Part shown: in pieces, positions 27,402-42,100 of the stretch | Layout of the letters: each line of letters begins with the position of its first letter | Position numbering within the stretch: position 1 is the first letter of the stretch | Assembly (NCBI GenBank): GCA_964247055.1 | Contig: OZ176051.1 | Location: 10,664,001-10,728,000 of the forward strand | Length of the DNA: 64,000 nucleotides | Direction: 5' to 3' | DNA from: Paragordius varius | Lineage: Eukaryota > Animalia > Nematomorpha | The notes under the pieces: model-generated | What the model was told of the DNA's origin: nothing | Seen by the model: the letters and a program-made list of their open reading frames with translations, nothing else | Databases searched by the model: none | Position numbers and translations under genes: made by a program

Positions 27402-28631
27402 CACTGTGTGCAAAAAATTTTTTTTATGAGATAGCATATGACCAGCGTATTCATTTGCCGCAAAAATTTTTATTTGTTGACAACTTAGTTTTTGAAATAT
27501 TGAGAGAAAATCGAAATCGGGCAAAAAGTGAAAATTTAGGATAATTAAGGATAATTCAAAAAATAATGATAAAATCTGAAATATCATCGTTTATTATCAT
27601 TTTAGGAGATTTTTCAATATATAAATTGCCTAAAATCATATAGTTAAGGGTTCTATAAAATTTCAGGTCAAAAGATGGCGTTTTTCTTTTATCACACTTA
27701 TAAGACAAAAAAATTTAATGAAACTATATTAAAATAATTTTTTTTAGTCATTTACTATCTTAACTCACTATTAAAATCTGAACCATATTTTATTCAGTAA
27801 AATAAACTTCTATATCAAAATAAAACCAAAAATATTGTTTTTTATTTTTGGACTTTTTTTGTCATCTTGTTTATGAGTATAAATTATAATGTTTTATTTT
27901 GGATTCTTACATGATTAGAAATTATTAAGTATATAATTATGCAAAATAGGATTTAAAAGTAGTGGGATATCAACCAACAATCCGTACAAATCCCGATACA
28001 AATAATAATTTGTCATATAGCAGACTTGTTAAAGGAAATCGTAAGGATTGTTGGTTGATATTCCACTACATTTAAATCCTATTACTTAATAATTCCTAAT
28101 CATGTAAGAATCCAAAATAAAACAGTATAAATAATTTATATACTCAAAAACAAGATGACAAAAAAAAATCCAAAACAATATTTTTGGTTTTATTTTGATA
28201 TAAAAGTTTATTTTACTGAATAAATTATGAATGTTAAGATTTTAATAGTGAGTTTAGGTAGTAAATGACTAAAAAAATTATTTATTATAGTTTCATTAAA
28301 TTTTTTTTGTCTTATAAGTGTGATAAAAGAAAAACGCCATCTTTTGACCTGAAATTTTATAGAAACCCTAACTATATGATTTTAGGCTATTTATATATTG
28401 AAAATATCTCCTAAAATGATAATAAACGATAATATTCAGATTTTATCATTATTTTTTGAATTATCCTTAATTTTCACTTTTTGCCCGATTTCGATTTTCT
28501 CTCAATATTTCAAAAACTAGGTTGTCAACAAATAAAAATTTTTGCGGCAAATGAATACGCTGGTCATAAGCTATTTCATGGAAAAAAATTTTTTCGTTAA
28601 ATCAAAATGACCCTCTTTTTTGCACACAGTG
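27402..28631. mobile_element. 1230-bp near-perfect palindromic (foldback) element with TAA TSD
   Basis: TAA|CACTGTGTGCAAAAAA ... TTTTGCACACAGTG|TAA. Arms of roughly 580-590 bp are reverse complements with scattered mismatches and small indels, around a spacer of about 50 bp (~27985-28040). Confidence 0.95.
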
Positions 28632-29702
28632 TAATATATGCATGAAAAGACATTTCGGGATCAGGCTATAATTATTTTTTGATTTCAAATTATAACTTCA
28701 TTTATGTAATTTATAAATATTTAAGGGTCAGGACCGATCATTAAATTGTTAAAATTTTTATATTTTTCACTTAATATTTTACATACCGATGAATCTTTAT
28801 GGCCGAAAGATTCGTTTAATTAGCATTAATCTCTATATTAACATAATTAAATTTATTTCATTGGAGTTTGGTGGTTATTATTTGTGCTTTGACTGGGAAA
28901 GTCTGAACAATTATACCATAGGAGTTCTAATTTTACTAAATTTATTCAGAGTTGAGCACTGTCAATTTGTGTGTTACTATATAGCTTTTAGAAGGAGGAC
29001 ATTGACTTGATACCAGATTCTTAGTAATTTTTAAATTAGAGGTCTCAAGCCTTTTAAATAATATTAAGTCCTTTTTAAGGCTTTTTAAACCTTTTGGTGC
29101 AAATCGAAACTTGTTGAACGATGGATGCGATTGACACGAGCACCTGTCTATAACCAGTTTTCTGGTTTAAATCCCTCACAGCAGAATTCAATATTTTATT
29201 TATTAACATATATCAAAAGACTACTATTGTTAAAACTTTAACCATATTTAACTCAAGAAAAGACTATTGTTAATGATTTTTTGGTCAAATGAGCGCACAA
29301 TTTTTTTATTCCGTCCGATAACCTTTCATAATGGTTTGTATATATAATTATTGAAGTGTAATCATACCTAAAATACAGACATTTACTCAAAATAATTTAT
29401 TAATTCCTATATTTCAAATATTTATACGTATCCAATAATATTTTATGGTTAAAACTATGGTTTGAGATATCGTAATGGTGGTTCTTTAATTTTAGAGGTT
29501 TAGTGGTTGAAACCAATTTTATTTCTTTCCGAATAAGTTTTTCAAGAAATAATTTAGTTTCATTTATCATCTCCTTTTCATCATACAAATGTTTTTATAT
29601 GTATTCGTTTGCAATGAATTCCGAAATTTAAGAAAAGGTACATTGTTTGACCATTAGCGGAACATATTTAGTTATTTATTGATAATTTTATATATGTTTT
29701 AG

Positions 29703-32700
29703 GTGGGTATAAATGACAAAATCGTGGAAGTCAACCCTTTGTACCACTATAGAGAAAGGTTAATTGTTCCGAATCCCGATCTTCATACACCGTTTGCATT
29801 TAATATGCCTTCATCAGCGCTGGAACTTGGAAATCCCAAAGATAAAATTTGTCTCGATGTGGCGAGTGTAAAATTTATAAGATATATGGAAAAATGTTGG
29901 AAAAACTCTCCTAATAATTTTTGGATTGCCAGAAGCATTTCGCGTAAACTTTTGCAAGAATCATCCCGTAATAATAATCTAAAGGATTATGAAGCAACTG
30001 AACATCACACTTCATACGATCCTACCTTTTATTACTTTGAGAATGATATTAATAATAATAAGGATGAAAATATGGATAATATGGGCGATGAAATAGGTAA
30101 TGAGCTAAAAAATTGAAATATTACAGTAAAAATTGAAACAATATACATAACAAAACGTAAAAAGATTAAGAATTTTTTATTAATTGACCATTGTACTTTT
30201 TTAACACTCCATTACCAGTTTTTTAACTCAATTTGAAAATAAAGGTATTTAAGGTATCTAACTGAATTTAAAAATATGCCTTCTCTTTATTTTAGGCACA
30301 TTTACCAAAAAATTTTTTAAAAAATATAAAATTGTATAAAAAAATCTCATCTCCTAGTTATTTGCCGCCATATTTTTTCCATAAATTTTTTTAAATTGTT
30401 AATGAACAGGCGAACAAATGTATGATGATAAAATGTAAATAATCTTTGAAAAGTTTTCAGGCTACATTGTACCAGCTTGTTAAATTTTGATTTTAATATC
30501 AATTGTTTGTTTCAATCGTGTTTTGGAGCTGTCCCAATTTTCTAAAAATCAAAATGTAAAAAATGTAAGCTTTTTTATCTATAATACATGAGAACAAAGT
30601 TTGATAATTAAATTCTAACTAAAATATCTAAACTGTACTTTATTTACAAAATAAAGCTCTGGTATATAAAACTACCCCAATAAGTAAACTAAGACAAAAA
30701 AGTGAAAAGGTAATGAAGTGTTAATCATGTTTTTTTATAAGCATTGTTATTTGCAAAAAATGAGAAAGATTTTTAATTGGCAAACAACATTCACGTTTAT
30801 ATTTTACAAATTAATAAAATAATAATTTAATTAAGGTTTAAAAAGTATGGTTGTTTTTTGAAAATATACTTTTTTTTAGTTTTTATGTTTTGTTTGTAAT
30901 ATATAAATTACTTATTATCTTTTTATACCAATGTCAAAAATAAATTGTTTTAACTAAACTTACGATGCATAGCCATTAAAATTACTATTAATATTGATAA
31001 ATTTCATAAGTGAAGTAAGTTTAAAAATAGTTAAAGATGAATTTGACTGCCTTGAAAAGAAGTGGTTTCTAATCGAAAACCAACCGTTGAATACATGTCA
31101 TCCCCTTTAATAATGATATCTTAATTTCTTATTCTCCTAGGAATTATGTTTAATTTTATATAAATTTAATTATTTTTTGTCTGAACAAAAGTAATTGTTT
31201 AAAATATATTTTTAAAAAAAATCATCAATCATTAAACTTTGAATTTGCAATACAACTTATACCTTTTACTTTTTGTATATTCACTAACTCTAGATTTATT
31301 CACATTAGGTAACTACCTCAGTAACAAGCGTGAAGATGAAGCAAAAAAAGGACCTCCATTTTTTCATTCCAATAGTTTTAATGATGGTCATGATGAGGTT
31401 AAGGCTAGGATGGTTTGGAGACCAAATCTACATAAAGTTTTGGTCAACAATGAGTAAATGATATAATTAATTAATTTGTTACTCGATAAAAAATTTATTT
31501 GAGTTAGTTCATACTATTTTTCCGTGTTCTGATCTGAATGCTGAGATATATATATATATTATGTTAAATCGTTCAACGTAATAATTATAACGGTATTAAT
31601 GCTTTTGAATGATAAGTGTAAATGCAAAAAAATTATTAATATTTTTGTCTTTTAAAGGCTTAAATTCTGAATCGATAAATTTTAGTTATATTACCGATAT
31701 CGTTATTGTATATTCACTTTTGAAATGATTAAATAATATACATATCAAGATTTAATTTTTATATGTTAAGGTTCAATGGTAAAGATATATGTATCATTCT
31801 CACAGTAAAAATGGAAATTATACGGATAAAACGTAAAAATATAAAGACAAATATTTTTTTCTAAAAGACAACCATACTTTTTAAGTACTGATTGTTTTAA
31901 ACTGCAAATTAAAATAGACATGTATATTGGTAACAAACTCAATTACATAATTTATGATTGTTAATAGATTTTAATAGGATAAATTAATGTTTGTAATAGT
32001 ATGGTTGTATTTTGAAAAAAAAATTTCTTTATATTTTTACGTTTTGTCCGTATAATATAATTTACTGTAATATCTCTTACGACCTTAGTTATAAATTATC
32101 TTCCTGCCTTTATTATTGTGTAATGTTTCAATCACCCTGAATATTCACCTTATATCTTATTATATCGTCGATAATTTTATCTAAAGTCATTAAATTGTGA
32201 ATATAGCTCAAATTTTTAATATAAAAAAATGTTACGAGCCGATGCATTAAATAGTTTTATTCGATCTATATCATCACAGGCTTAGCTTGCATTTCTGGCG
32301 CTCGCTGCATGAATCCTGATGGCGCCCCCTCCCCTCTATGCACCCCCTTGCCTTTTAAAAATCAAATTTTAACCATGGCCACTCATAAATGAGTGATATT
32401 TTTATATATTAATTAAAATAATAACTTTTAAATACCTATTTTTTTAAATTAAAATTAGGATTTTTTAAATCCGGCGCCCCTTCAACTATAGCGCATCAGA
32501 CGCCCTCCCCCCAGCTACGCCACTGTATGTCATATTGGTATTAAGTTTACTTTTCATAATATCAAAAAATACCCTTAATGATTCGTATCATCTTATTGAT
32601 GTAACTTTCTATAACTCTTTGTCATGGCTACAAACCCATAAAGCATATTTATTTTAAAATTAAAAATGTTTTTTTATCTGTTTTATGTTGTGAGAATAAA

Positions 32701-33483
32701 TAAAAGAACAAAATTATTTGTTAAATTTTGTATCATATATTACAATTATATTAAACAATGTATACCATTTACAATTCAATTTCACCTTTAAACAATTCAA
32801 ATTCACCCTTAAACAATTCAAATTCACTCTTAAACAATTCAAATTCACCCTCGAACAATTCAAATTCACCCTCAAAAAATATAAATTTTTTAAGATTAAA
32901 AAATACCTATATTTTATATATTTTTCAAAAAATAAAAATTATGTTTTAAATTAAAATAATACTTAAAAAATAATAAACTATACCATAAACATATATTTCA
33001 TATTAATAATTAGTTATATTAGTTCGAAAACACATAATTTATTTTTAGGGTGAACTTGAATTGTTCAAGGGTGAATTTGAATTGTTCGAGGGTGAATTTG
33101 AATTCAAGGGTGAATTCGAACTGTAAATGGTATATTACAACGGCATGAAATAAAAGTTTTTATTTAAACTTTTCAAAACTAATTCTCATGAATTTTATAA
33201 TAATATAGTTATTTTAGCCGCTACACATTGATATGTTTAAGCAATACTCAGTTTTGGGTAATAAACGCTGGGGAGTAATAACTAATCAGACGCCATATTT
33301 TTAATAAGATTTAAAACAATACAATTTATTATTTTATAGGTATGTTGATCATCGAATAATCACTTCATCTAACAATGATTTACAAGCTAATGATTATCTG
33401 GAATCAAACAGTAAAAAAGACCTATCGAAGGATCGTTTTCAATTTATACAAGCGGATCATGTTTTTATACGAACTAATAAAAA

Positions 33484-33527
<44 letters not shown>

Positions 33528-36097
33528 ACCATAATTCAATCTAAAAATAAATTATGTGTTTTTAAACAAATATACCCATTATTATAAAATATATCTTTAT
33601 GGCATAGATCATTATTTCTTCAGTATTATTTTAATTTAAAACAAAATTTTTATTTTTTAAAAATATAGGTAATATTAAATCTTAAAAAACATATATTTTA
33701 TTTGAGGGTAAATTTGAATTCGAGGGAGATAAAAAATATTTAAGCATGATGATATGGTTTTTAAAATTGGCTTATTTGAGGTAAATTACACTTTTTTATA
33801 AACATTATTTAATTTTAATATTTGTGGAATGCATGCAAAGTAAGCGCATATAATCGGATAGTGTAATTGAAAAAATTCGTAAAATCATGTATTAAATTTA
33901 ATAAACTATTGATTTATTAACCCATCTTGTAATAAAAAAGTAACTCTACAACATATTTGATTATTTTGCAGTTTCTAAATCTGCTTACTTACTTAAAACT
34001 ATTTTTTTTTAGTTTGACTGATCAATCCATAGCTTATAAGATGTTGGCTGAGTTGGCTCGGAAACACAAATTACCGCTTACCACATTTACCAATATAACG
34101 TATTTTCATTTTTTCCCATATCTTTTTCTAATTTGATTCGTTAACAAATATTTAGGATATATCTTGTACGTTCTGTGTAACACTAAATTTTTTAGATGGC
34201 ATCGGTAGAGGGGAATTAAATTAAAAAAACGTAACTATTATATATATATTATAAATTTATGCTTACCATATATTTTAAACATATCAATAACCAAAACTTT
34301 TAAATACTCAAAAATTTATAATAGCTCTAATTAATGGAAAAAGATTTGAAATTTATAAAACTGTATATTTTTGACTGATTTATTGAAAAATAACATAAAT
34401 TATTATTTTTATGGGTGGAAATATTAACATTTATTAATATATTAATAAAAACTACAGAGATATTACAGGATAACCATTTTATGTTTATTAGCATTCCTGA
34501 TACTTACGTTAATGGCGATATAAAAATTAAGAACAAATTATAAATAAAATTAAAAATTACAAAATTTTGTCTCGAAATTTTAAAGTGTCTAAAGTTAGCT
34601 AGGTTTTAAACTCTATTTTTAAATTGAAATATTAAAAAAAATAAATCATTTTTGTTTCTAAATATACATATAATTAATTATACATTTTAGGATCACCGGG
34701 AGAGATATCACATTCAAAATCAATGCAAACTTTAAAAAACTAAATGCATCCACTATCGTCGATGAAATAAGTAAATTCTTTTTAATTCATGTAAATGAAT
34801 TTATCGGCAATACATATAAACAGTCAGTGGTTCCCAGAAATAAAAAGTCTTACACCCCCCCCCCCCCTTCTCCTTTCCCCCTTTCAAATAAATCCAAAAT
34901 AAAAATGTTAAATATATTACATTTACACTTTAAAATTACCCTTAAACAATTTAAATTCACCCTTGAACAATTCAATTGCAAAATAATTTTGTGTTTTTTA
35001 ACATTAGAAATTATCTATATTTTTAATAAAATGAAATTTTGTTTAAAATTAAAATTATACTGAAAAAATTATAAACTAAGCCACAAAGATGTACTTCTTA
35101 TTAATAATGAGCTATTTAGAAAACACATAATTTAATTTTAGGGTGAATTTAATTTTTTCAAGAGTGAATTTGAATTGTAAATGGTATATTATAAAAATCC
35201 CAATCAATGAGATCATCATATTTGCATTTCTTAAAAAAATCTTTCAATATCGGTATAACGTCATCTTGATAATTCGCACCTGAAATCCATCAATTTGTTT
35301 CTATAATTTTTATTTTTGATTAAATTCAAATTTTTCGCGGTTCCCTTTTGGAAACCTGTGCTTTACAAAGTTTTTATGATTGAGGCCCCGGATGATTGAT
35401 TTATAGTCATTCTTTTACTTATTTTATATTTGTAATTATATCTGTTTTTTATTTAATCGTTCGTATCAAGCCGCATCGGATTCTAACCGCGTAAAAATTC
35501 TATGTCATATTATCAAAAGAAATTATTTGTATTCTACCATATCTTTCAAATGCTAAATTTGGTCTGAAAATCGCTCCTTTTTTCCGTAAATTAATGGGTA
35601 GAATGTCGTGTGTTGGCGCTATGAGAATTATATTTAGTTGTTTTTATATATTTTAAACTCTTTAAGTTTATCTCACATCGGTTTTCGGGATCGAATGTAT
35701 GGTCTTTGGTGATTGTAATTTATTTTGTATAAGAATGAAAAACCGTATTAAATAATTATCATTACACCATAAAATAATGTTTGTTTAATTTGTTGTAATT
35801 TAAAATAAAGTACATAATTGATTTTAATTTTTTAATTACTGGAAATTTTTTGCCCTACATTTTACTTTATAGCTTTTCATTTTCAATTAACCATTTATTT
35901 TTTAAACATATTATTTAGAACTTTACAAATCCGCATTGGAAAATGCCGCTGGTGGTTCTATCAAAATTATTATGACTGGTTTGGGATCTTATGGAGAGGT
36001 AATTATATATAAATAATAAAAAAATATTATAAACTATCAACGATTTTTGAATCAATGCAATAGAAGTTTTGTTTTATTAGCAATTTTTTTGCATACT

Positions 36098-36155
<58 letters not shown>

Positions 36156-39100
36156 TTAATAAGTATATAACGGTGATTTGTTTAAACGCGAATCCCGAAT
36201 GACCTGTACGTGCTATTATCATTATCTATTATATTAATTTGATCAATCAATCTATCAAGCAAATTTGTATAGATTTATTTTTCTTTGATCATAAACCTTT
36301 ATATTTATTCTAAAGGTTTTTTTTATTTGAACTAAAAGTGTGCTTTTTCTATCACATATTAAAACAAATCTAGGGAATCGTTCAATTATTAATATTCATG
36401 GTATTCAATTATCTCGAGCTTAAGTCTTTATCGTTTCAATATAACACAATATTGACTACTGGTTGAGACCACCGCTTTTGCATTGATTGAATCGACAAAT
36501 ACTTTTATATTTTCCAATATTTTACAACATCTGTAAATATAATTTATTTTTCAAGAGGATACTATCCAACTATCTATTGAAAAAAATAGGTACAATTATT
36601 TTTTTCATCGTAGAGGAAAGAAAAACTTTCATAAAACCAGCAAACAGCCTATGTATGGATTAAAAGGTTATTGGCTCTGTGCCAAAACGTATAATGCGTA
36701 TATAAGCAGAGGAAAAGATGGTATTATGGATTTTTTTATCTCTAATGATATATATCTCCTTTTTTTGTCCTTACAAAAAGATCCAGGAGAATGTACAACA
36801 CGGTGGTGTTAAAAATTTAGCATTTTTGTCCATTTTTTAACATTTTTTTTGCATTCGTATTAAATGTTTTTTTTTTCATATTTATAGTTAGGTTACTTAG
36901 TTGTTAATCATGTGAGATGCTATAAATTTGTAAAAGTTTAAAAATAATTGAAATCAGGGTATAGGAAACCCTAAATAAATTGAGTATTGTCAATCTTGAT
37001 CGATTTATTTTACTGTGTGTAGCTCTAAATTGAAATAAATTTTATAAATTTTGGACAAAAATAAAGAGCCAACTTTATACATATATCTGTAATAGATGCG
37101 TCGGCTTCAATTTTGTATTCTTTGATCTTTTTTTGGCAAAGCTATTATAGACATCAACAGTTATTTATTAATTCTGCTTTTAATTTACTTTAGTTTATTA
37201 TTAATAAAATAATTACTTAAAATGATGATGATGATTGTTTTATACACTGTGAAAAATATTACACTTCATTTCTAAATCATAATACAAGTTGAATTTCTAA
37301 CATTAATGCTAGATAAATCGATATTTTCAAAATTTTGAATTACAAATCTGGCATCTAAATATAATGAACCCAACCAATTATTACTTTAAATTTAAAAAAG
37401 TAGGGTATACTTATTTTGTGTCTTGTGACACAAGTCCCTCTAAACCACACGTAATATTTTAATTTGAAGGAATTGATTATTAAAGCGTTGTATTTAAATA
37501 AAAATTTTTTTTAAAAAGTTAATTTAAAAATGTGACTTTTTTAAAAAAATGTGCGCGCATACCGCACAAAAATTAAATTTATAGAATTTTTACCTCTATT
37601 CACCCAAAACCGGAACCCTTATGGCCGAAATTTGTATAAATTTTAATCGCTATAGTCATATGAAACCTACAAATTGCTCATGCGAGGAATTACAATAATA
37701 TATTGGGAGAGGTATCAAAAAACGTATTTATATGTAAATTTTATAATTAAAGAATCAAGATTCCCACTAACTTAAAACTTGGATTTAATTAACTCTTCAA
37801 AGGTGTTGTAAAAAATAAAGCTAAGCTAGCAATAATATTTAGTTTTATGAAACATTTTGTTAGTTATCTCATAAATTTATATTAGTTAAATAAACTCCAA
37901 ATTTTCGTATAAACAGTTGCAGTTATTAATAACCACAAAATTTAATCTTTATTTATATATAAAAATAATTTCATTCTTTTATTTTAATAATATTATATAT
38001 GATGGGGTGACTAATCGAAAAATCGATATAAATTAATTAAATTTCAACATTTTCTAATATCATAAACTCTTTTTCGTGATTGTAGTAGAATAAATGCTTA
38101 TATAGATATATATATATATATAATATTTATCGGTAAAAAACTGATTTTTTGTTAAATAACATATACTAAATAGGCTATGTCCATTTTTTAAACATATTTT
38201 TTGCTTAATCTTTCCGAATTTTGTCGATGAACTAGTGAAATTTGTTGAAAATCCTAGTTATATAAATTTATGTTTCATCTATTTTAAGTAATTATTTTAC
38301 TATACCCATTATAATTTTGAAGAAAATCTGAAATATATATATATATATATCTTGTAAATAATTGCTAATAAGGGATCAATGTATGATTTATAAATGAATC
38401 CCTTAGAGAATTAACGACACCATATATTAGTAGCGAATTAAACTCCTACTCTTTTAAAATTATTATTAACATTGACTTCGATATGCTTTAGAGTGTGTCA
38501 GGAACATTATGATTATATGGTAATTTTACAGACGCAATTAATAATATTTTAATTTATAAATTATTGAATTTTATTTAAATTACTAGCTAAAAAATCAGAT
38601 GAATTTTATCAGCTGTATACCATATTTTTATTCCTTTCTGGCGGTTAAAACAATTTAAAATAAAGAAATTAAAATGCGTGAACACCGACACTAACACTTG
38701 ATTACTAAAAAAAAGAGTGTAAAATTATTTCATTAATTGCACGACGAATTTTAAATAGTTAATATAATGATTAAAAATCTAAATTTTTAGCTTATTGTAC
38801 ATATTTATTACCATTAATGCTAAAAATTTTGGGTGTTTTCAAATTATGTATTTTTATCGCTCTGAGTTTATTTGCTACCAAAAAAATATTTGTATATCAT
38901 ATTTTTGAAGCCCATAGTCATAGAAATGTAGTATAAAAGTTTTACCATCATTAGTTTTTTATTTTTAACCCATATTTTTGGTGTAGCCAAAGGTATATTT
39001 ATAAATGATGAAAATACATTGTTATATATTATATTGCTCAAACTATTTTATGTTAGCTTTCCACGCTCATTAGTAACTACGGTCAAAAATTAATATTTCA

Positions 39101-42100
39101 TATACTCAACTTTCCTTTAATCAAAAATTTTAAATACCAATTTCCAATTGTAAAGTATTAAAAAGAATCTTTGATGGAGTTTTTGAAAATCAATTTATTA
39201 TATTAAACCAAAGTTTTTTTGTCAATGAGCTTTTAATTCAAATTAATTTCATTTTTCGATAGGTCATCGAAGGTTAGTTTTTCCTATGTATCTATTCCAT
39301 AAATCATTAACCTTAATCAAATAAAATAAAGCTTAATAATTTATTTATGAGATATATAGGAGGTATATATATCACAGTTATAGAGAGATGGATGGATAAC
39401 ACTTTTGAAACGTACGCGCCAATGTTAATTTTAATTTGTTTTTTCGTTTTTGTATTATTGTTAAAACTTTTTTTCTGTATGGATGCATCCATATAATATT
39501 ATTGGATTCTCACATATATAACCATTAAAAACCAACAAGTGAGATAGATAACAGGTTAATGGACTTTAGGAAATAATGTGGGATAAATTTATTTTGTGGT
39601 TGTTCTAGCTAGATTGTCACCGTGGCCATATATGGTCTTATGTAAGAAAATCTTTTTCTTTTTAACTCTTCGTTATTTGTTAATAGAAATATATTAAAAT
39701 TTATAGATTTAGTATCTTTCATTTTTTACTTCAATATTGACAAAAAACTAATCAATTGTTAAAGGGAAAGTATAAATATTTTTTTGGAAAAATTGCGCTT
39801 CGATATGCCTTTCGATTTTACTGGGTGGAATCATAAATCATTATTGGTTTGACTAAGGGAAGACAGTGCAACAGACGATTAGTTCGACAGAATTTCCATT
39901 TTGTTCAATTAACATTAAAACCAACGCACACAAGTTGAGTACTCCAAAAGGTAGCCCCTTTATTATTTAGTAATATTGTCAAATATTGTTCCCTGAGAAA
40001 GAACATCTGCACAACGCATTGCATTTCTTTATTTAGAAGAATAAAGCTGTTTAGAGTAGTTTTGTGACAGAAATGGCAAACATGAACTGTGAAACGTTTT
40101 GAATAGTTGTGAATTCAATAAACGAGTGGGCGCTCTGGCACTCCACATAACTGCAACAACGATAGGGGGCAAGAGTCATTGGATAATGAGTCCTCAAACT
40201 CGGTAATCGGTAAAGGTTTTACAGCATTAAAAAATGAGCAAACGTCGGTGAGCAATAGAAGGACCGATTGAACCCATACAATTTTAAAGAACGTCTAATC
40301 GAAAATTCCAAAGTGACCACTGTGAAAGCCTACACCTCACCAAACGAAATCGATTTTACATCTAATTGTGAGATGTTTTAAGGGTGATTTTGTAAATCAA
40401 CAGTAGAAAATGTTTCCACCTTGCCAAGTCGATTCATTAACACAGCCAAATGGCATCTGCAACAACACCATATGTCTGGTATGACCAGACCGCTATCGTT
40501 TGTTATATCATTTGGGAAACTAGTAAAATTGTTAATACATAACGCTATCACCAACAAATGATAAATTTGAATACTAATCTAAAAACGACCGGAATGGACC
40601 AGAACTTATGGGGATTTCGCTACATAACAATGCTTGTCTTACACATCGAAAGCAGCGAATGGCACCTTAAAATCTATTTGATGGGAATTATTTCACATGC
40701 CTTGTGCTATCATCATCAACGTTATCTGACTATTGTTTTGCATCAATGGGCGCGCGCAGAGCAGCACTTCAATAATTATAAAAACGTAGAATTTGCTTGA
40801 AGAATGGTTTGTCCCAAAAGACAATGAGTTTTTCTGGCATGACATTCATATATTTGCTCAGAGATGGGCAAAATTAATTTCTTTGCAAAAAAACTTTAAA
40901 AACTTATGACACTTGGTATATATAAAATTATAACAACTTTAAATTATTTTTTATCAATAATACCTTAAAAATTTTTGGCATTTATCTATTTCTATAAACC
41001 AAATATATCGCCAATAAAGACACAGTGTTTTAGGCGAGTGCCAGAAGTTTACCAAAAAACAATTTATTATGTTATTATCAGTTAGACATGAAAAAAGTTT
41101 TTAAACTTGCAGTGGAAAAGCATCTAATTATAATGTCAAGTAAATGTTCAATAATTATTTTGAATCTAAAATATTAATTATATATATTTTTTGAAAGAGA
41201 TATTTAAATCAATATAAGTATGGATCAATAATTTTTTGAAAATTATCTTTTTATTTGTTTTTAGGGTTTTTACGAAAACAAACCCTAACAACTTTAATAA
41301 AAATAATTGGTTTTTTTACCATTACGAATAAAAGTAAATTATGAAAATAATTTTTAAGCATTCATTAAAAATATTGAATCGATTAAATCAATATAATCTT
41401 TATATTTTTTGAAAAAATCTTTACGTTTTTTTATAAGCGCATTGATGAATTATTGGGAATTCCTTATTAAATATTAATAAGCTCCCCGCCAAAAAATGCA
41501 ACTGAGATTAGTGATATCCAACAAAAACTTTTTGATTGATTGGATAGTAAAATAAAGGTTATCCTAATTTTTAGAAAAAGCACACTAGTAAATTAGCTAC
41601 TTTTGTAAAAATTGGCTATATATTTTGATATTTGAAACAATATCAAAAAACTAGGCCAAAAATAATGGAATGAGGATTGATTTTCTTAGTAAAAGTTTTG
41701 AAATCTCTGTCCGAAACCGTTTTTTAAAAAGGATAAGTAGAAATAGAACCAAAAACTCTTCCAATTTTCACCCTTAAATTAAAATGTGTAGCAAATAAAT
41801 TATAATATATTGCCTTGAAAATTAGATATATCATAGAAAATCAACAATTTTTCTTATCCAAAAAACATATACAAACGCGGCAGCTTAATTTCATATGTTT
41901 TTTAAATATATTAATTACTAAATATGTTTCATCAAATTGTAAGAAGATATGTTTAAAATTCACTAAGTTAACAAAAATTATAAACGCTTTAAAGAGATAA
42001 AAATGTTTGTTTTACTTTTACGGACAATTAAATATGAAAATGAATTAGTTATACTCGAATATCGGAAAAGATTTGATAAGTTTAGGGTTTTTGACGGTTT

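Noticed and set aside
29110-29190. tRNA- or SINE-like A box and B box (TGGATGCGATTG...GGTTTAAATCCC)
   Set aside because: No cloverleaf could be drawn, there is no second copy in the window, and the stretch is also open in one coding frame.
32718-32954. ORFs with KQFKFTL and NNSNSP periodicity, and a CRISPR-like appearance
   Set aside because: These are translations of the 21-bp tandem repeat of MITE family B; the units are contiguous with no unique spacers.
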